64,000 bases of DNA, taken from assembly GCA_002633005.1 (NCBI GenBank), contig NMRA01000069.1:1059786-1123785 (forward strand), given 5' to 3'. Shown in pieces: positions 1-13,464 of the stretch (positions within the stretch are counted from its first letter, which is position 1; each line of letters starts with the position of its first letter). The notes under the pieces were generated by a model, which was given only the letters and a program-made list of their open reading frames with translations, was not told the DNA's origin and ran no database searches. The position numbers were made by a program, and so were the translations under genes. The DNA is from Phoronis australis (taxonomy: Eukaryota > Animalia > Phoronida).

Positions 1-3000
1 CATTGCGACCACTTCAACATTGTTGTACCACAGCATACGCCAGAAATCATTGACACTCGCAGGGAGGGGACCTTGAGATGCGATATACTCAGGCAGGCCA
101 TTGACTCCCTGAAATTATAACGTTAACCGTTACAATCAAGAGAAGGCAAGCACAAACAGGGAGGGGGTGGGGGCAGGGAAAGGGGGAAAATATAACTCCC
201 ATAAAAACTTGGCTATTCTTTGGTTCATGTCAACCCAGAGAACACATGAGACTTGCGTGGCCAATGAAATACTCACTGTGTGAAAGCAGGCACCATCCCT
301 TATCCAACAAAATTATTAAGGTACCAATTTTGCATTTATAAAAGTGCTATTGGGGGAACATAAAAATGCTACACAGAAATTATCACGCACTTGATTAACT
401 ATTATCGTCCTTTCTGTGATCCATCTCATGAAAAGCCCTTAGTTATTTAGCTGTAGAACTAAGTCACTTCAAAATTTAACAAAACCGCGACTCACTTTCT
501 GATCATCCTGCGGAAGGAAGGAATCACTATCAAGCAGTTCTAAGCTGGAAACAACTCTCATTCATCGAATACCATGAAATTTCAATAATATTGTGAGTGA
601 GTGCTCGCAATTTTTCGAAAAATATTGCCAAGAAGTAACTGTGGTACAGAGGTTAAACATGACAGCATTATTTTGGTGTACATGCCGTAATTACTCACGG
701 GTTAACGCCCTGGTCGCTTAAATTGGGAAACCCTGAGACAGGGGGTTGGGCAGTGGGTGCATAAACCAAAAAATTGGCAAAAACTCAGGGGTGGGCGATT
801 ACCCAAGCATTGGACGCTTACCTCCAAGTTTGAGCAAAAAAAAATCAGAAAATATGTCTGTCATACTGGGTCCTAAATTTGTGAAATTTATGGTCACCAT
901 AAGAATCCTACTAACAACCAATGAAACAGGATTCAGAAGAGAAGTACAAGACCACAATCATGTTTTCATTTTGAAATCACAATTTGCTTTTTAAATTTCC
1001 TATAATTTTTCATCCGTGCATATCATTTTCCCATGCCTGTTAAAACCCCGATATGATAAATCTAAATACACAGCTCAGCAGAGCAATGTTAATTATGCTT
1101 TTCGAAAAGTTTTGTTTTTCTCAACCACAGGGGTATATTAGATTTTCAAAACTTTCACTCTTAGTTGGAAAAGTTCGTTCTGTGGTTATGACTTTCATTG
1201 CCGGGATACGTGTGGGTGTCCGGGTGTACTCGCATTGACACGGAGACTTGACCTAAGTTTCGATTCTTCCAAATTCTCATTGATGCCCTTTCTACGATTG
1301 TCAATATCAAATGGAATGTCAAGATTAGACTTTTAACGCCCACTTGACATTAACAGTTTACTTCCCACGCCTATAACCTAATATGTTCCTTTCCAACTAA
1401 TGCTGGCACTGTGATGTCACAGGGCATCCCTGATCACTAGACATTCAAGCTTGACTACAAATTAAGTTATTCATGACCTTATTGACGCACGTGTGTATTT
1501 TGCCAAATATTTAAAAAACTAATCTTTTAACAATTAGTAAAAGGAAGTGGAAGCCTGTACAATTTGATTTTTAAATTCTTAACATTCCGTTTTTATTTGG
1601 TTCATGTGACCATATCTTTTTCAATTGGTGAAGTTTAGCAAAGAAAGAATGGTATATAGATCTATTGTAAACCAACGGTATCGGCAAAATGATCAAATTT
1701 CATTTGGTATAAATGTTTAAGATGAAATCCCAAGAACATTTTGCAGTTTTCTACCATATCATTTACTATTAATTCCATTTTTTTTGATTTTTTCATGTGA
1801 ATCAAAAACCGTGGTTTGATAGCCCCTCATACAAAAGTGAAGCATTTTCTACACAACTCCTAACCATGTATTGGAGAACGTTGTCCACAGCATAATATCT
1901 GAAAGTTTAAATAAAGGCCGTCAAAGTCAACTTCCCAGTTTACGTACTAGTAGGTGTGTCTCTATGACTGGATTAAACTTTAAATTTGTGGGAGAAGCCC
2001 TTGACATGAAAGGTCAGGCACAATGCCTCTTGGAACTTACTGTGTCTGTATATATATTGTACTGACCATTTCATAATAAACATTAAAAAAATATGAAAGG
2101 TAAAAAGCAATTACCTTGATATAGTTTGCGTTGATGTAATCACTGTCAGGGTCCCCATCTATCACAGGCAGTATCACTCTGGTCTCGTCAACTGCAATGA
2201 ACATACTTAGTAAATCATTGTGGTAAAAATGTATATAAAACAGGGCACTACATTGGTTGTTAACAATATCAACAGTGCCACCTATCCATAGAGATTTTAC
2301 TTGACTTTGACCAATCTTGAACTCTCACTAGTTCTTCTCAAGCATTGAAATTACCTGTAACCTGCGAATGGAACAAGTTGACAGTTAATTTCATAATTAA
2401 AGTTTTGACACAAGGCGGATAAATAGCCACAGCTTCAAAGATGTATTTGCACGCTCCTAACTACACTAATGTATTGCAAGAACTAAACAACAATGCTATT
2501 TGAACGTCATCTATGCTAAACAAAGTGCAGTTGAATTCACTGACAACTTGTAAATGTGAAAATAAAAAAATCTGCAAATAGGTGACCTTTGCACTAATGA
2601 CCTACCTCACATAGCCCGCATCATGCAGTGTTATTCCCCAACACCACGTCACAATAGTTACTGGATACAGTTGAGCAATTTATGGTAGATAATTTTTGAC
2701 ACAAAACTCTTCCTTAAAAACATTTGGCAATTTTCAACCTACTTCACATTCACATTGTCGCTATGTTGTGTTTCAAACTGCTTTGACCAAGGAATCACAG
2801 AGTATAATGAATTAAAGTTCCACTTTAAAAACAAGAATCTGAATTAAACCTTCCCTACAAAGCAAAGCTTTTTACGGCAACATAGTATGTGGCTTAATCA
2901 TCTTATTGATTGTAAGGGTCAATAGTTTATCAAAAAGGAATACATCACAAAATGATTATGGAAATTAGAAATAATTCTGGGCTCCAGAGGGCACTGAGTT

Positions 3001-6000
3001 GCATGAGACAGTTCCAATACTGGGACTCAATAACATTCCCTATGTTTTCAGCGTATTTGTAAAATATTTACCCGGATTAATAACGTTTTATTCTCCATCA
3101 CTCTATTAGAGTTCATCGCAAACTCCTCGTTTTGTGACACTTTCTAATAATATTCTGAAAACCGGGTCCTTCTTTCAATAAAAATGAATAAGCACAATGT
3201 TCTGAGTTTGGAACATTGCAAAGAATTACGTCTATGTTTATTTTCAATTAAGAAATTAATAATTCCATTTAGAATGTACTCTCGCTTACAATCAAAGCCA
3301 AAACTTGACAAATAAAATGAGAAGAAAGAACAAAAAGTATCTTCACAAGTCCACATATTTGGAGAAAAATAAGGAACATCGTTAAGTCCCTGTTTCGGAC
3401 TTTCATGCACCAGGCCACTTAAGAACTGATAGTTAATCACAGCCACAGACCAGGTTCATTATGTTATTACCGTTATTACTGTTAGCGGCAGCACTTGTTC
3501 TCAGTGCAATGACCGGTTCCTTTGGAAGACAAAATGAGACACAGTAAAGATGGTTGTTCACGACACCAGGACCCAGCCAGTTTAATCTTTATAGTCCGCG
3601 TTACTGAACTCGATAACTATTGTTTTACTTTATCCACTCTACTAAATATTAAATTATACAAACTCATTATTATAATAGCTGCCTTTATATTCTGTGATCC
3701 AGTACAGGGTTCTCTCTGAGCCAACATTCAAACATGATACAAAGTCTGCATCATGCTCTCACTAAAAACCTAGTAATTTCTTTTCTGTAATCCAGAAAAA
3801 AAACAGCACTTATTTTAACACTATATTCACTCGATGGACACATCATTATCATTTTCACTACACAATCATGAAATACGTATCACTAACACTCTTTCAATCA
3901 TAATGCCTTCTTAACTTTAGGTCAATACTTCATATACATTATGCATACTTGATCCAAGTTTTCATGTATTCTTGTACTATAATTTCAAGCAGAGCTGGAA
4001 TGTGGGAATGCGAGAGTGAATGTGTTTGTTTCTTTTCGTTTATACTGTATTCCATTATTAATTTCTGATTCCTTAAATAAAAGTAATAAGTAAATAAATA
4101 TGCCTTGTAATTAACTGACTTTTCAAACGTGGTTTTAATTTATATTTTAAACATGGCTCAGGGCTTTTCAACTATATATATGGTTCAAGATTTCTAAACA
4201 CGGTGCAAAACACTTTTCAAATATGGTGAACCGCTGTTTGAATACACGAAGGGAGAATATTGGAGTATGGTTCACACAGTCTAGTCCAAGGTTCTCTTTT
4301 ATGACCTCTAGACTAAAACAACAAACTTAAGTAAAAACACGAAATTTCACGATCAGACTGGAACTTAATCATTAAGCACAAGCTAAGACAAGGCAATCAT
4401 TCACCTTAAACAATATAGCACTCATGAATAGAATAGTAGACAATAATTATAATTTTGGTTTGGTAAATGCGAAGATAAGACCCCTGGCTACATTCATGAA
4501 TGACAGATTCAACAGCCAGTGCATCTTTCAGTTTCAATTTACATTGTTGGCTTAGCTTTTCAGTTTTGCTTTTACTATGGACATATCATAACTACCATGA
4601 TTTAAAGTTTATAGGTTAGTATGATATCCAGATTCAATGAATTGGAATTGCAAACTGCTGTGAAAAGAGCAGAGTGTCAAACGCCAATTAAGACGGAATC
4701 CTGAAACAGGAAGTTGAAGAGACAATCACTAAGAGTGATCAACTTTGCTCACTCATCATTCGCACCCTAATTATCATAATCTTCAAAAATGTACAAAATG
4801 TATTGTGGACGGGAGACAATTTGGCAGATACAGACCTTAGAAGTTTTCAAAGAACATTGGTGGCAATTACCTATGAGGACATGGAAATGTAACATCAGCA
4901 CTTAACAGTCAGCCGAAAACGTCTCATCGAAAATATGCCAATCGCATTTTCGGAATGGGGCTCCTATAAAGTGGAAATCAAAAAAGGACATTGGCTCAGC
5001 ACATGTACAAGTGAGGCCAATTTTCTACTGACATTTTGATCTATCCAAACGTATTTTTGACCGTTTACTCACTTATGTCGAGTAAGCAACATACAGTATT
5101 TGAGACATAATTTTCTTTGAGGTGCATGGATAATAATTTATAAATTTCATATTCACAAATGTTCAATTGGTATGGAGAATCCCCACAACAGTTAGACCTT
5201 GAAACATGGAGAATCCCCACAACAGTTAGACCTTGAAACATGGAGAATCCCCACAACAGTTAGACCTTGAAACAAGAGGACGCCAACTATCATAATATGA
5301 ACACTCAAATTTACTATCTTGTATTGCAAACTGAAACCAAAACAGGTTTGTGCAATAAGGCGTTTCCAATAATCTACTGGATTTATTCTCGGTTTCCAAT
5401 CAAATCACCGATGGTATAAACACAGGCTCAAACTAAACCTGCAGTGAAACCGCCTTGGCCTTCGGTGAAAAAGAATACACAACAAAGCTGGCCTCAACAA
5501 ATTCTTTACTCAGATTGGATTAGCGTATTCAGGGCTCAAGAAGAACTGGGGGGGGGGTATACGCTCCACATAACTGTTTCTGAGAATATACTCATTTTAC
5601 CTCTGCTNACAACAGTTAGACCTTGAAACATGGAGAATCCCCACAACAGTTAGACCTTGAAACAAGAGGACACCAACTATCATAATATGAACACTCAAAT
5701 TTACTATCTTGTATTGCAAACTGAAACCAAAACAGGTTTGTGCAATAAGGCGTTTCCAATAATCTACTGGATTTATTCTCGGTTTCCAATCAAATCACAG
5801 ATGGTATAAACACAGGCTCAAACTAAACCTGCAGTGAAACCGCCTTGGCCTTCGGTGAAAAAGAATACACAACAAAGCTGGCCTCAACAAATTCTTTACT
5901 CAGATTGGATTAGCGTATTCAGGGCTCAAGAAGAACTGGGGGGGGGGTATACGCTCCACATAACTGTTTCTGAGAATATACTCATTTTACCTCTGCTTAC

Positions 6001-9000
6001 TTTCTGTACAAATTAATTTCACGCAGTGATGTGCTAATAATTACGTGTGTTAATTATTACATGACATAAACCTTAATTTATGTAATTGTGAAATCAGAAC
6101 ATAAAGACAAATGTTTGTCTTAACCAGTAGACTTAACTCACTCTCATGAATTGAGACAGACATTAACATAAATATTGAAACTCAAAGTGTGTTCAAAATG
6201 TTGTCCTCAAACATTGGCCTCAGGGCATACAGTGTAGTTTGGTATCAGATTCAAGATATTGATGGGCCATCGTGTTTTGGATACTGGAGGTCTGGATTAA
6301 AGCCAGCACAGGCTGCAGCTTCACTACCAAATTTGATGTTTCAAAAATGAATCGCGCATTTTTGTTTATAAAATAGACACATTCACCCAACAGTAACAGG
6401 AAAATAGGCAAAAACAATGTTTAAGTGAAGTCAGGCGACGATGATTTATAGAACATGAGTCAAGCAAACCTAGAGAGGAAGTCCACGCTCAGCATGATAC
6501 TGTCTCCAGTTTCACAACAAATAATATTCCATGTAATGCTGAGATGTGCACAGTCATCAAAGAAATCAGTGGCTACATCCACTGGAGGGGTTTTAAATTC
6601 GCAATATTCGCCTAATGGACCCTTGATCATCATTCCTCCAGTCCTAGCTTGACACGTAAAATGACCAGTGAGGCCATGGCAACTTATCGAGCCGGGTCTC
6701 AAGCCAGAAACAAAGACTCAGTTTCCCCAAGCCAGTTTATTACTTCAGACCTAATTATGATTAAAGCTGGGCGACACAAAAATATTTTTGATTTCAGGAG
6801 AAGTTACGGTGACAAGACTTAATTATTTTTTTCTCAGATCAGAGAAGTGATTTCTGGGTTTGGGAAGCACTACACTGACAGTTGTTAATACTAATTGACA
6901 ACACCCTCATTAAGTTGGCATGCCACAGCAGGTTATTTACCGCAGGAGGAGACTGTGGCCTTACCCAATAACCAACCTGAGCCGTTCCAGGTACAGAAAT
7001 TACTTCTCAATTGTTAAGGAACAAGTTGACTCCACTATCAGGGTGTTCCATCGAAACAGGAACCCCAGTGTAAAACAGATATCCTGGAGCTGAAATCAGA
7101 CTCCTGAACTTTCAAAACAGCTATAACCAGACTGAAAAATAGGAACCCCGACCTTTAAAACAAGAATCCCCGGGATCGTACAGGAAACCCTGACACTTTT
7201 TTCCAGTCCCCAAAATTCCTGTTTTAAAGACCGAGATTCCTGATTTTTGGGCTGGTTAGCTGTTTTGAAGCCTGTATTCGACTCCGGGATATCTGTTTTA
7301 CACTGGGGTTCCTGTTGCAATGGAACACCCTGCCTATGGTGGTACACAGTCCAATAAATCAAAGCTTTGTTTCCGGGAAAGAAAGCGGGTTTCTAGCAAC
7401 TTTAAGAAAAAAACTGAGACAAGTTTTATTACGTTATTTTAATTTTTATTTAAGGCAGGTTTGTAACACGTAGGACATTTAAGTTTGTGTACAATAGTGC
7501 TAAATGTAACACTAGCTCATACATAGTAATAAGTTTGTGTACAATAGTGCTAAATGTAACACTAGCTCATAAGTTTGTGTACAATAGTGCTAAATGTAAC
7601 ACTAGCTCATACATAGTAAAAGGTATGAAACAATAATCAGCACCACTTACATGGTAGAATATCTTTGTATCGGTTTTTCTTTTTATTTCCTTCTTTTTTA
7701 CCATTCTTCCTGGGATAATTCACGTCGTCATGACTCAATTGAAGACTCATCTGCCTCAGCTCCTAAAACACAAGTTTCAAATAACATGTACGTCTCTGTA
7801 AAACAAAAATCATTACAGAATATATTACAATTTAAAGTAAATGAAAGAAAATAGACCCATATCACAGATTTTGATGTTTCTCCACGAAAAAAACATTTAA
7901 GTGTCCAATGGTTTCAAAAAAGTCCCCAGGGGGCATGTTTGGTTTATACCTGCATAAAACTCTGTTCCCAGTATTTTTGAGACCTCAACGGAAGTCACAA
8001 ATGCTTCTAATAACTTCTTCAACACCATGCAACGTAGGATTTAGAAACTGAGAAACCGCGAACTTGTCATTTTTTAAATGCCACCCCCCCCGCGATATCG
8101 CAGAACCCCCAACGCCTATAATATAAAACTCTGCACATGTCACATACAAGAAATTTTAAAAAGTGCACTGGTCAACTTTTCTTTTATCTTCAGTCCAAAT
8201 CAAAAGTTAGTATTTTTGGCAGAAGTTGGATTCAAAGCACCTTTAGGAAAATGAACATGTGCTATATCCTCCTGATAACATTGGGCAAATAGTTTTTCAC
8301 AGGGATACCAGTAGTTATGTTAAAATATGATCATATTTCTCCACTGAAAGGGCTAGTTCGGGCAACAGACAAACCGGCTTTAGTATCTGCACTGACAAGG
8401 CACCCTACATCAGGCATGCAAAATCAGTTACATGTGAGTACATAAACCTACACTTGCGAACAGTTTGAAAATTCAAGTTTACCAACCAATGGACCTGATG
8501 TTTACATCATTTTTGGAATAAGAAAATTTGTTAGTATGCTCAAGTTATTGTTAGTGCCCTTGAAAAAATGACCTAAATGCTCAAATTTGTTTACTCGAAA
8601 TTTTAAACTGCCTGGTCATATTTTTGAATTGCACACCATAATTGCAGGTATGTGCACTCATTACCTGAATGTACACACAAAGGTTTGGCTGCCAGTCTTG
8701 ACTGAACAAATCAGAGATAAAACTAAACACCTTTGGATATTTATAATTTCTCTCCATTTATAGGTACAGGTGGTTATTCATGAAATAGTCGTATCAGAAT
8801 CAATCCAGAAATAACAGAGTTGTAACTTATGTTTGAGGTATTTTCTTCACTGTTCAAAGCTAAGACAAGAACTGACACCTGAATAGTACCATAACAAGGA
8901 AAAACACTCCCTTCAAGCTCCAGTTTCTTCAAGTGTATATTACAAAATTCCTTAGCTCTTCTTCAAGTGTAATGTTACAAACTCGTCACCTTTGTAACAC

Positions 9001-12000
9001 ACTCACAACACATGAAGGACAAGTGACACTTTATTTTGTCATTTCCTTTACATTTAAAATAAAAATAAAAATAAAAATAAAGAAATGTTAGACTATGGAT
9101 ACCCTTACAATATACGAAATCCCTTACTCCAAAAATGATCTAAACATCAAATCCTTAAGTTGCTAAACTTGGATTTTCAAACTGTGCAGGATATTTAATG
9201 TAGTAATCACAACATTCATAAATGTGTCATGGTCATTTGGCCATCAGCCTTGAAATCTAGAAAATGATAGGTTAGGCAATTGTATTTGTGCAAAATAAGT
9301 GAAGGATTGCAAGATAATTATAAGGTGATGACTAATGCACTTCACAAAAGTTTAATGTTTTCTTAAAGTGCTAAACACTACCCGTTTCATACTTTCGACA
9401 TATTAGCGTACTGTTAAGATCTTATTGCTTTAATTAATTATAGCGTATTGCAAACATTTTTAATTTGGTCAGCATGCCAGATGCGGCCACATGACGTGAC
9501 CTAATGAATATTTATAAGTCTGAAAAGATCTCTGCCCCAACAGGACTCGAAATTGGTTTAAAAATTACATATTTAATATACAGAATCCTGAAAATAGTCC
9601 TATTTGCGATTTACAATTAGAAACACGCGTTCATGTGACACAACTAGGATAAGAGTTATTCGAGCGATTGTGCCACAACGCGACCCACTTTTCAAGAAAA
9701 CAGGTCACAATATGTACAACAGGACTATCGCAAAAGATTCAAAGCTATGCAGTGCTTCAAAAACTCGATTTATAGTTTCATCCATAACAATGACAGAAAG
9801 AATTCAATACCATAACAGCTATCACAATTAAATTCGGAAGCATGACTAAGTCATTAGTCATCATCAAATTTCCTTGTCTGTTTCTGAATAAAAAATAAAC
9901 AGAAGAGTAATTGTGTATATAACATTGATTGTGAAAACTGCCCAGAACTCTATGTTACTATGACAACAAGGGTTTTGAGCATTAGACTGAAAGAACATAA
10001 CAGGCAAGACAGTAATTCAGTACTTGCTCACAGCACGATCCTTGGTCATTCCCCTAGCATACAGGTCCTAGCAGGTGACAACAATGAAGTTGGTTTGCTG
10101 ATAAGAGCGTTATTGTGGATATAGGCTCTTCATACTGAGAGGTACTTGAAAAAGAATATCAGTGCTTTCCAATAGCTGATTTTTTTAAATTGCCAAGCCA
10201 AATTAAAATACCCTTTCCAGCCAGGCATACAAAAAAGGCACACCTCTTGAAATATCCATGGATGGGTGACAAACATGACACCTTCGATACAATTTCCATT
10301 ACGAAAAAGAATATGTGTCCAGCCAAGTCAGTGGCTGCAACTGATAAAGCAGTAGAATTCCAATCCTAGCCGATGTCATAAGATAAATAATAGACTTAAA
10401 CTTAACCCAATTAAACAAAGAGAGGAATTGACAGTGGGATTTACAGATTGGTTTTAGGTTAATGAACCACTATGTAGTACTAGTAACTGAATTTCTCTCA
10501 ACCACATCTGAGTTAGGATCAAGCGGAAGTCATTTTTGCACACTCATTACTCTAGAGAGCGCCAATATGGAAAGTCCACTGTTAAGCTTGGTGGTAGATG
10601 TTGAACTTATTCCACGTATTTTTGGACTTATATGATCTAGACGATGATTAAAGGTTGAACCAAAATGACAATTTTTTAATATATATAAAAATGTTGCACC
10701 AACATAAAAGAAATAATTGCAGGGTGTCTGATACACATTGTACCAGACGTGCGCAAGTCGCAAATGTGGACCCACTGCACTGATCACATAGAACTAGGAT
10801 CACATAGGAGCTAGAAACCTGACCCAAGTGTCTAGCAGTGTGGCCCAGTGAGACCCAAACCCACGACCTCAAGTAAAGAAGGCGGGCACCTATCAGACCA
10901 GGCCACACTGCCTCCTCTTTGCACCAATAACCTTGAATAAACTTATATTTGCTGATCTATTCCAGAAAAATGAACACATTTTTTCTTATGACAGCATGGT
11001 GACCATCCCGAAGCCAGTAAGAACTATGTCCTGAATGTTAAAACCAATTCTAACTTTCTTCACAGATCCATGTATAACTTCAAAGCAACACCAATGCCAG
11101 GTGTGTCAATAGAATAGTATTTGGTAAACAGTATTCCATGACACTGTTGAGTGGTGGGTTATGTATATTATGATATAGAAAATGTATACATTCCAAAATA
11201 TCCATGAATGAAAGAAATTGTGTTTTGTCCCCATATTGCACTGGTCACAAGTTAGATTTTGGGTCAAGTGAAAGATGCTTCTATGCCTTCATAATGCTAA
11301 AAAATGTATGCAGACTGTTTTCTACTACTCTGGTGGCCATGCAGTAATTGGCAACTGACAATCAACTGAAATGGGCCACTTCTCAAGCAATGACAGCCTG
11401 TCAGTTGCTCTGGAACCAAGAAATCATTTCTAATCTGGGAACAATACAAAACCACTACAATAAATAACCCAAGTCTAATTAAAAACGGTTTTAAACAAAA
11501 TTTCCCAATTTTTATGAATTTGTGATAACTAATTGTCATTCGACTTTAAATGTCTTGTTGACAGAGTTATTTTAATGAAAATATTTTAATTCACAGTAAT
11601 TTTTTGGAATTTGTATGTAGAGATGAAACTTACTAAAATGGTTCGATATTCCGTTAAGGCCAAAAAAGCTTTAATTTGATTCTGGCCAACACCCCGACTC
11701 ACTCTGAATCCCAGGCATCTGCCAGCACAACTATTAGCAAATGCTAATCCTGGATTATTTTCAAAAGCCACAGTACTCATGTGCAAGCACCGATTCCATG
11801 GCAGTGTTGACGAAAGTTCAGTCTGGAAATCTTCCAGCCAACTGGGGTGTCTTCCAATCACGCCACCCTCATCATACAGGGATCTGGTCTTTTGTACCTG
11901 GCCACGCCGGTGTCTTGATTAATGAGCGTGCAGATTACCTCGCTGGCTCATGTACCACCAAGCAACCCCTCTGCTTGTACTCGGCTGATGTTAAGCTGCT

Positions 12001-13294
12001 GGCTCACCAATGCCCCCTAGAGCAGACTTCGTCCTAACTGGCCGAGTTCAATGATGGTCTAAGCCGACTGCTCGAAGCCGGTATTACTTATGGCCATGCT
12101 TCTAAGAGTCACAAGAAGAGTAGTGCCCGAGTGTTGTCAAATCAGATGCTGACAGGCAACGTCAGCCCTGAAGTTCTGCGCCTTCTGCTGTCACGGGGAT
12201 GGTCTGGGGAGGGAATCAATGCACTAGCATATCCCCAATGATCCTGTCCGTGACAGGTACAGGTACTACAGGTATTACAAGTCTAGTCCTATAAGTTTAT
12301 GCAACTGTTCACAAGCAGCTCCATCGGAGATAGACAAACCCACCAACCGAACAAGATGTTCCATTGTTTTTAATAGTCCAATTACTACTCCCTCACTGGC
12401 AGGCTGATCTCACGTCAGGCGTCAGTGGAAATAAATTAAAGATGACCCAGGTTCATGACGGTGAGGAAAGCACAAAAAGTCAATGAGATATATACAAATC
12501 ACATGGTGAGAGAACTTACAGCACAATAGGGCTGTACCGGATTACATGGCGGTAGAACTCTCCTTTGTACTGGAGATAAGAAAGCATGCGACCTCTTTTT
12601 GAAAATCAGGCACGTTTTCGTGTATCTTATTGATATCGGGAAGGTGAAGAATTTCAAATCCCGCATCCATGGGTATTTGTCCAGTTTATCAAAATTTCTC
12701 ATGTCAGGGTTGCAGACCACAGAGTAGCTGCAACACTTCGTTGGCATTGGAAGAACGAATATAGTAATACAGCTGAAAAAAATTGTATGAAGAATCAAAC
12801 AACAACAAATAACATGCCAACTCCAGTGGCTCGAAAATGAGGGAGCAAATGTGCCAGACGGATTTTTATGGCATTTTGGGTAAATACAGTGAGATTTGAG
12901 TGTCACTGTGCAATCTGGGACGGCCTTATTTTCTGGTATATCGTCTCTCAGTACCTAAATAACCTTCCATTTCAGTCCTAGCCGTTGCCAGTGGCTGTGG
13001 AAGGCAATAACATCTACCTCCATTTTCGTGTTAAAGTTTCCCTGAGGATAAATCAGCCTGTCAAACTGGTTCTCACAATTTGTGACTACAATATAGGGCT
13101 TTTTACCGTCCAACCCTTTGTCTAACCGGTTGCGGGACAACTCAGTTAACTTTCAGTTCAGTTGTGGATATCAATCATCAATGTGAAAATTTTACCTGAA
13201 ACTCTCTATAAAATCCATTTTCTCCGTGGTAATCTTCTTGTTCAAGACGCTCAACTGAATCAACAAATTTATGGAGATGTTCACTTATAGGCAT
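1..13294 (-). CDS. PTPN12: Non-receptor protein tyrosine phosphatase, PTP-PEST (PTPN12/18/22) family; 5' four coding exons only (13294-13196, 7762-7651, 2191-2115, 108-<1), gene continues past the left edge
   Basis: Exons with GT-AG boundaries and compatible phases splice to MPISEHLHKFVDSVERLEQEDYHGENGFYREFQ/ELRQMSLQLSHDDVNYPRKNGKKEGNKKKNRYKDILPF/DETRVILPVIDGDPDSDYINANYIK/GVNGLPEYIASQGPLPASVNDFWRMLWYNNVEVVAM. This contains the classical PTP motifs KNRYKDILP, DYINAN, YIASQGPL and DFWRM. A catalytic domain starting at the N-terminus is typical of the PEST subfamily. Confidence 0.92.
5171..5273. repeat. 34-bp tandem repeat x3 (ATGGAGAATCCCCACAACAGTTAGACCTTGAAAC)
   Basis: Three directly abutting copies with no spacers; further copies at about 5609-5663. 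Confidence 0.9.
5219..5997. repeat. Near-identical ~390-bp direct duplication joined at an N (5608); probable assembly overlap
   Basis: About 5219-5607 is repeated at 5609-5997 with only a couple of substitutions; the ORF track shows the same 60-aa ORF twice (5444, 5834). Confidence 0.85.
7039..7332. mobile_element. hAT-like MITE (CAGGG termini)
   Basis: ~46-bp terminal inverted repeats CAGGGTGTTCCATCGAAACAGGAACCCCAGTGTAAAACAGATATCC ... GGATATCTGTTTTACACTGGGGTTCCTGTTGCAATGGAACACCCTG; no clean TSD, so the superfamily is tentative. Confidence 0.7.
7481..7619. repeat. 40-50-bp tandem repeat x3 (AAGTTTGTGTACAATAGTGCTAAATGTAACACTAGCTCAT)
   Basis: Three copies visible directly, in PTP intron 2. 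Confidence 0.9.
10780..10912 (-). mobile_element. Degenerate tRNA-derived SINE (head plus body)
   Basis: The minus strand reads GGCAGTGTGGCCTGGTCTGATAGG (A-box-like) ... GAGGTCGTGGGTTTGGGTCTCAC (degenerate B-box), followed by a CACTTGGGTCAGG segment reminiscent of SINE central domains. Confidence 0.45.
11700..12260 (+). mobile_element. Degenerate non-LTR retrotransposon (LINE) fragment with RNase H domain
   Basis: ORF 11741-12037 contains TDSMAVL...WSFVPGHAGVLINERADYLA, matching the RNase HI motifs (DS; W-x-PGHxGxxxNExADxLA) of RNase-H-bearing LINE clades. The region is locally GC-richer and lies inside PTP intron 1. Boundaries are approximate. Confidence 0.75.
12520..12747 (-). pseudogene. 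Degenerate THAP-domain fragment of a DNA transposon
   Basis: MPTKCCSYSVVCNPDMRNFDKLDKYPWMRDLKFFTFPISIRYTKTCL resembles the N-terminal half of THAP (M-x3-C...C-N-x-D...F-x2-FP); the downstream W and CxxHF are not recognisable. Confidence 0.5.
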
Positions 13295-13464
13295 CTTAAG
13301 CGTCTTTTGTCCACTTCACATTGTTTCTCAAAACTCAGATAGGAAGAATATTTAAAGTCCTTTTCGGAAACTCGAACCAGGAAATGAAACTTGACCACGA
13401 GAGAGCGCGATACTCTCGCAAACCCTTGCTTCTTGGTTTCTCAACAACAAAGAGCTCTGATTTA
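13295..13464. promoter_or_regulatory. Putative bidirectional promoter, PTP / CDPF1
   Basis: Divergent start codons at 13294 (minus) and 13465 (plus; in-frame alternative at 13384). Confidence 0.6.

Noticed and set aside
5171-5273. 34-bp repeat ending in TTGAAAC, superficially like a CRISPR direct repeat
   Set aside because: The copies abut with no unique spacers, there are no cas genes, and the repeat lies in an intron of an animal gene; it is a minisatellite
13321-13383. TTG-initiated N-terminal extension of CDPF1 given by the ORF track
   Set aside because: The track uses prokaryotic alternative starts; in this eukaryotic context ATG 13465 (or 13384) is the plausible start
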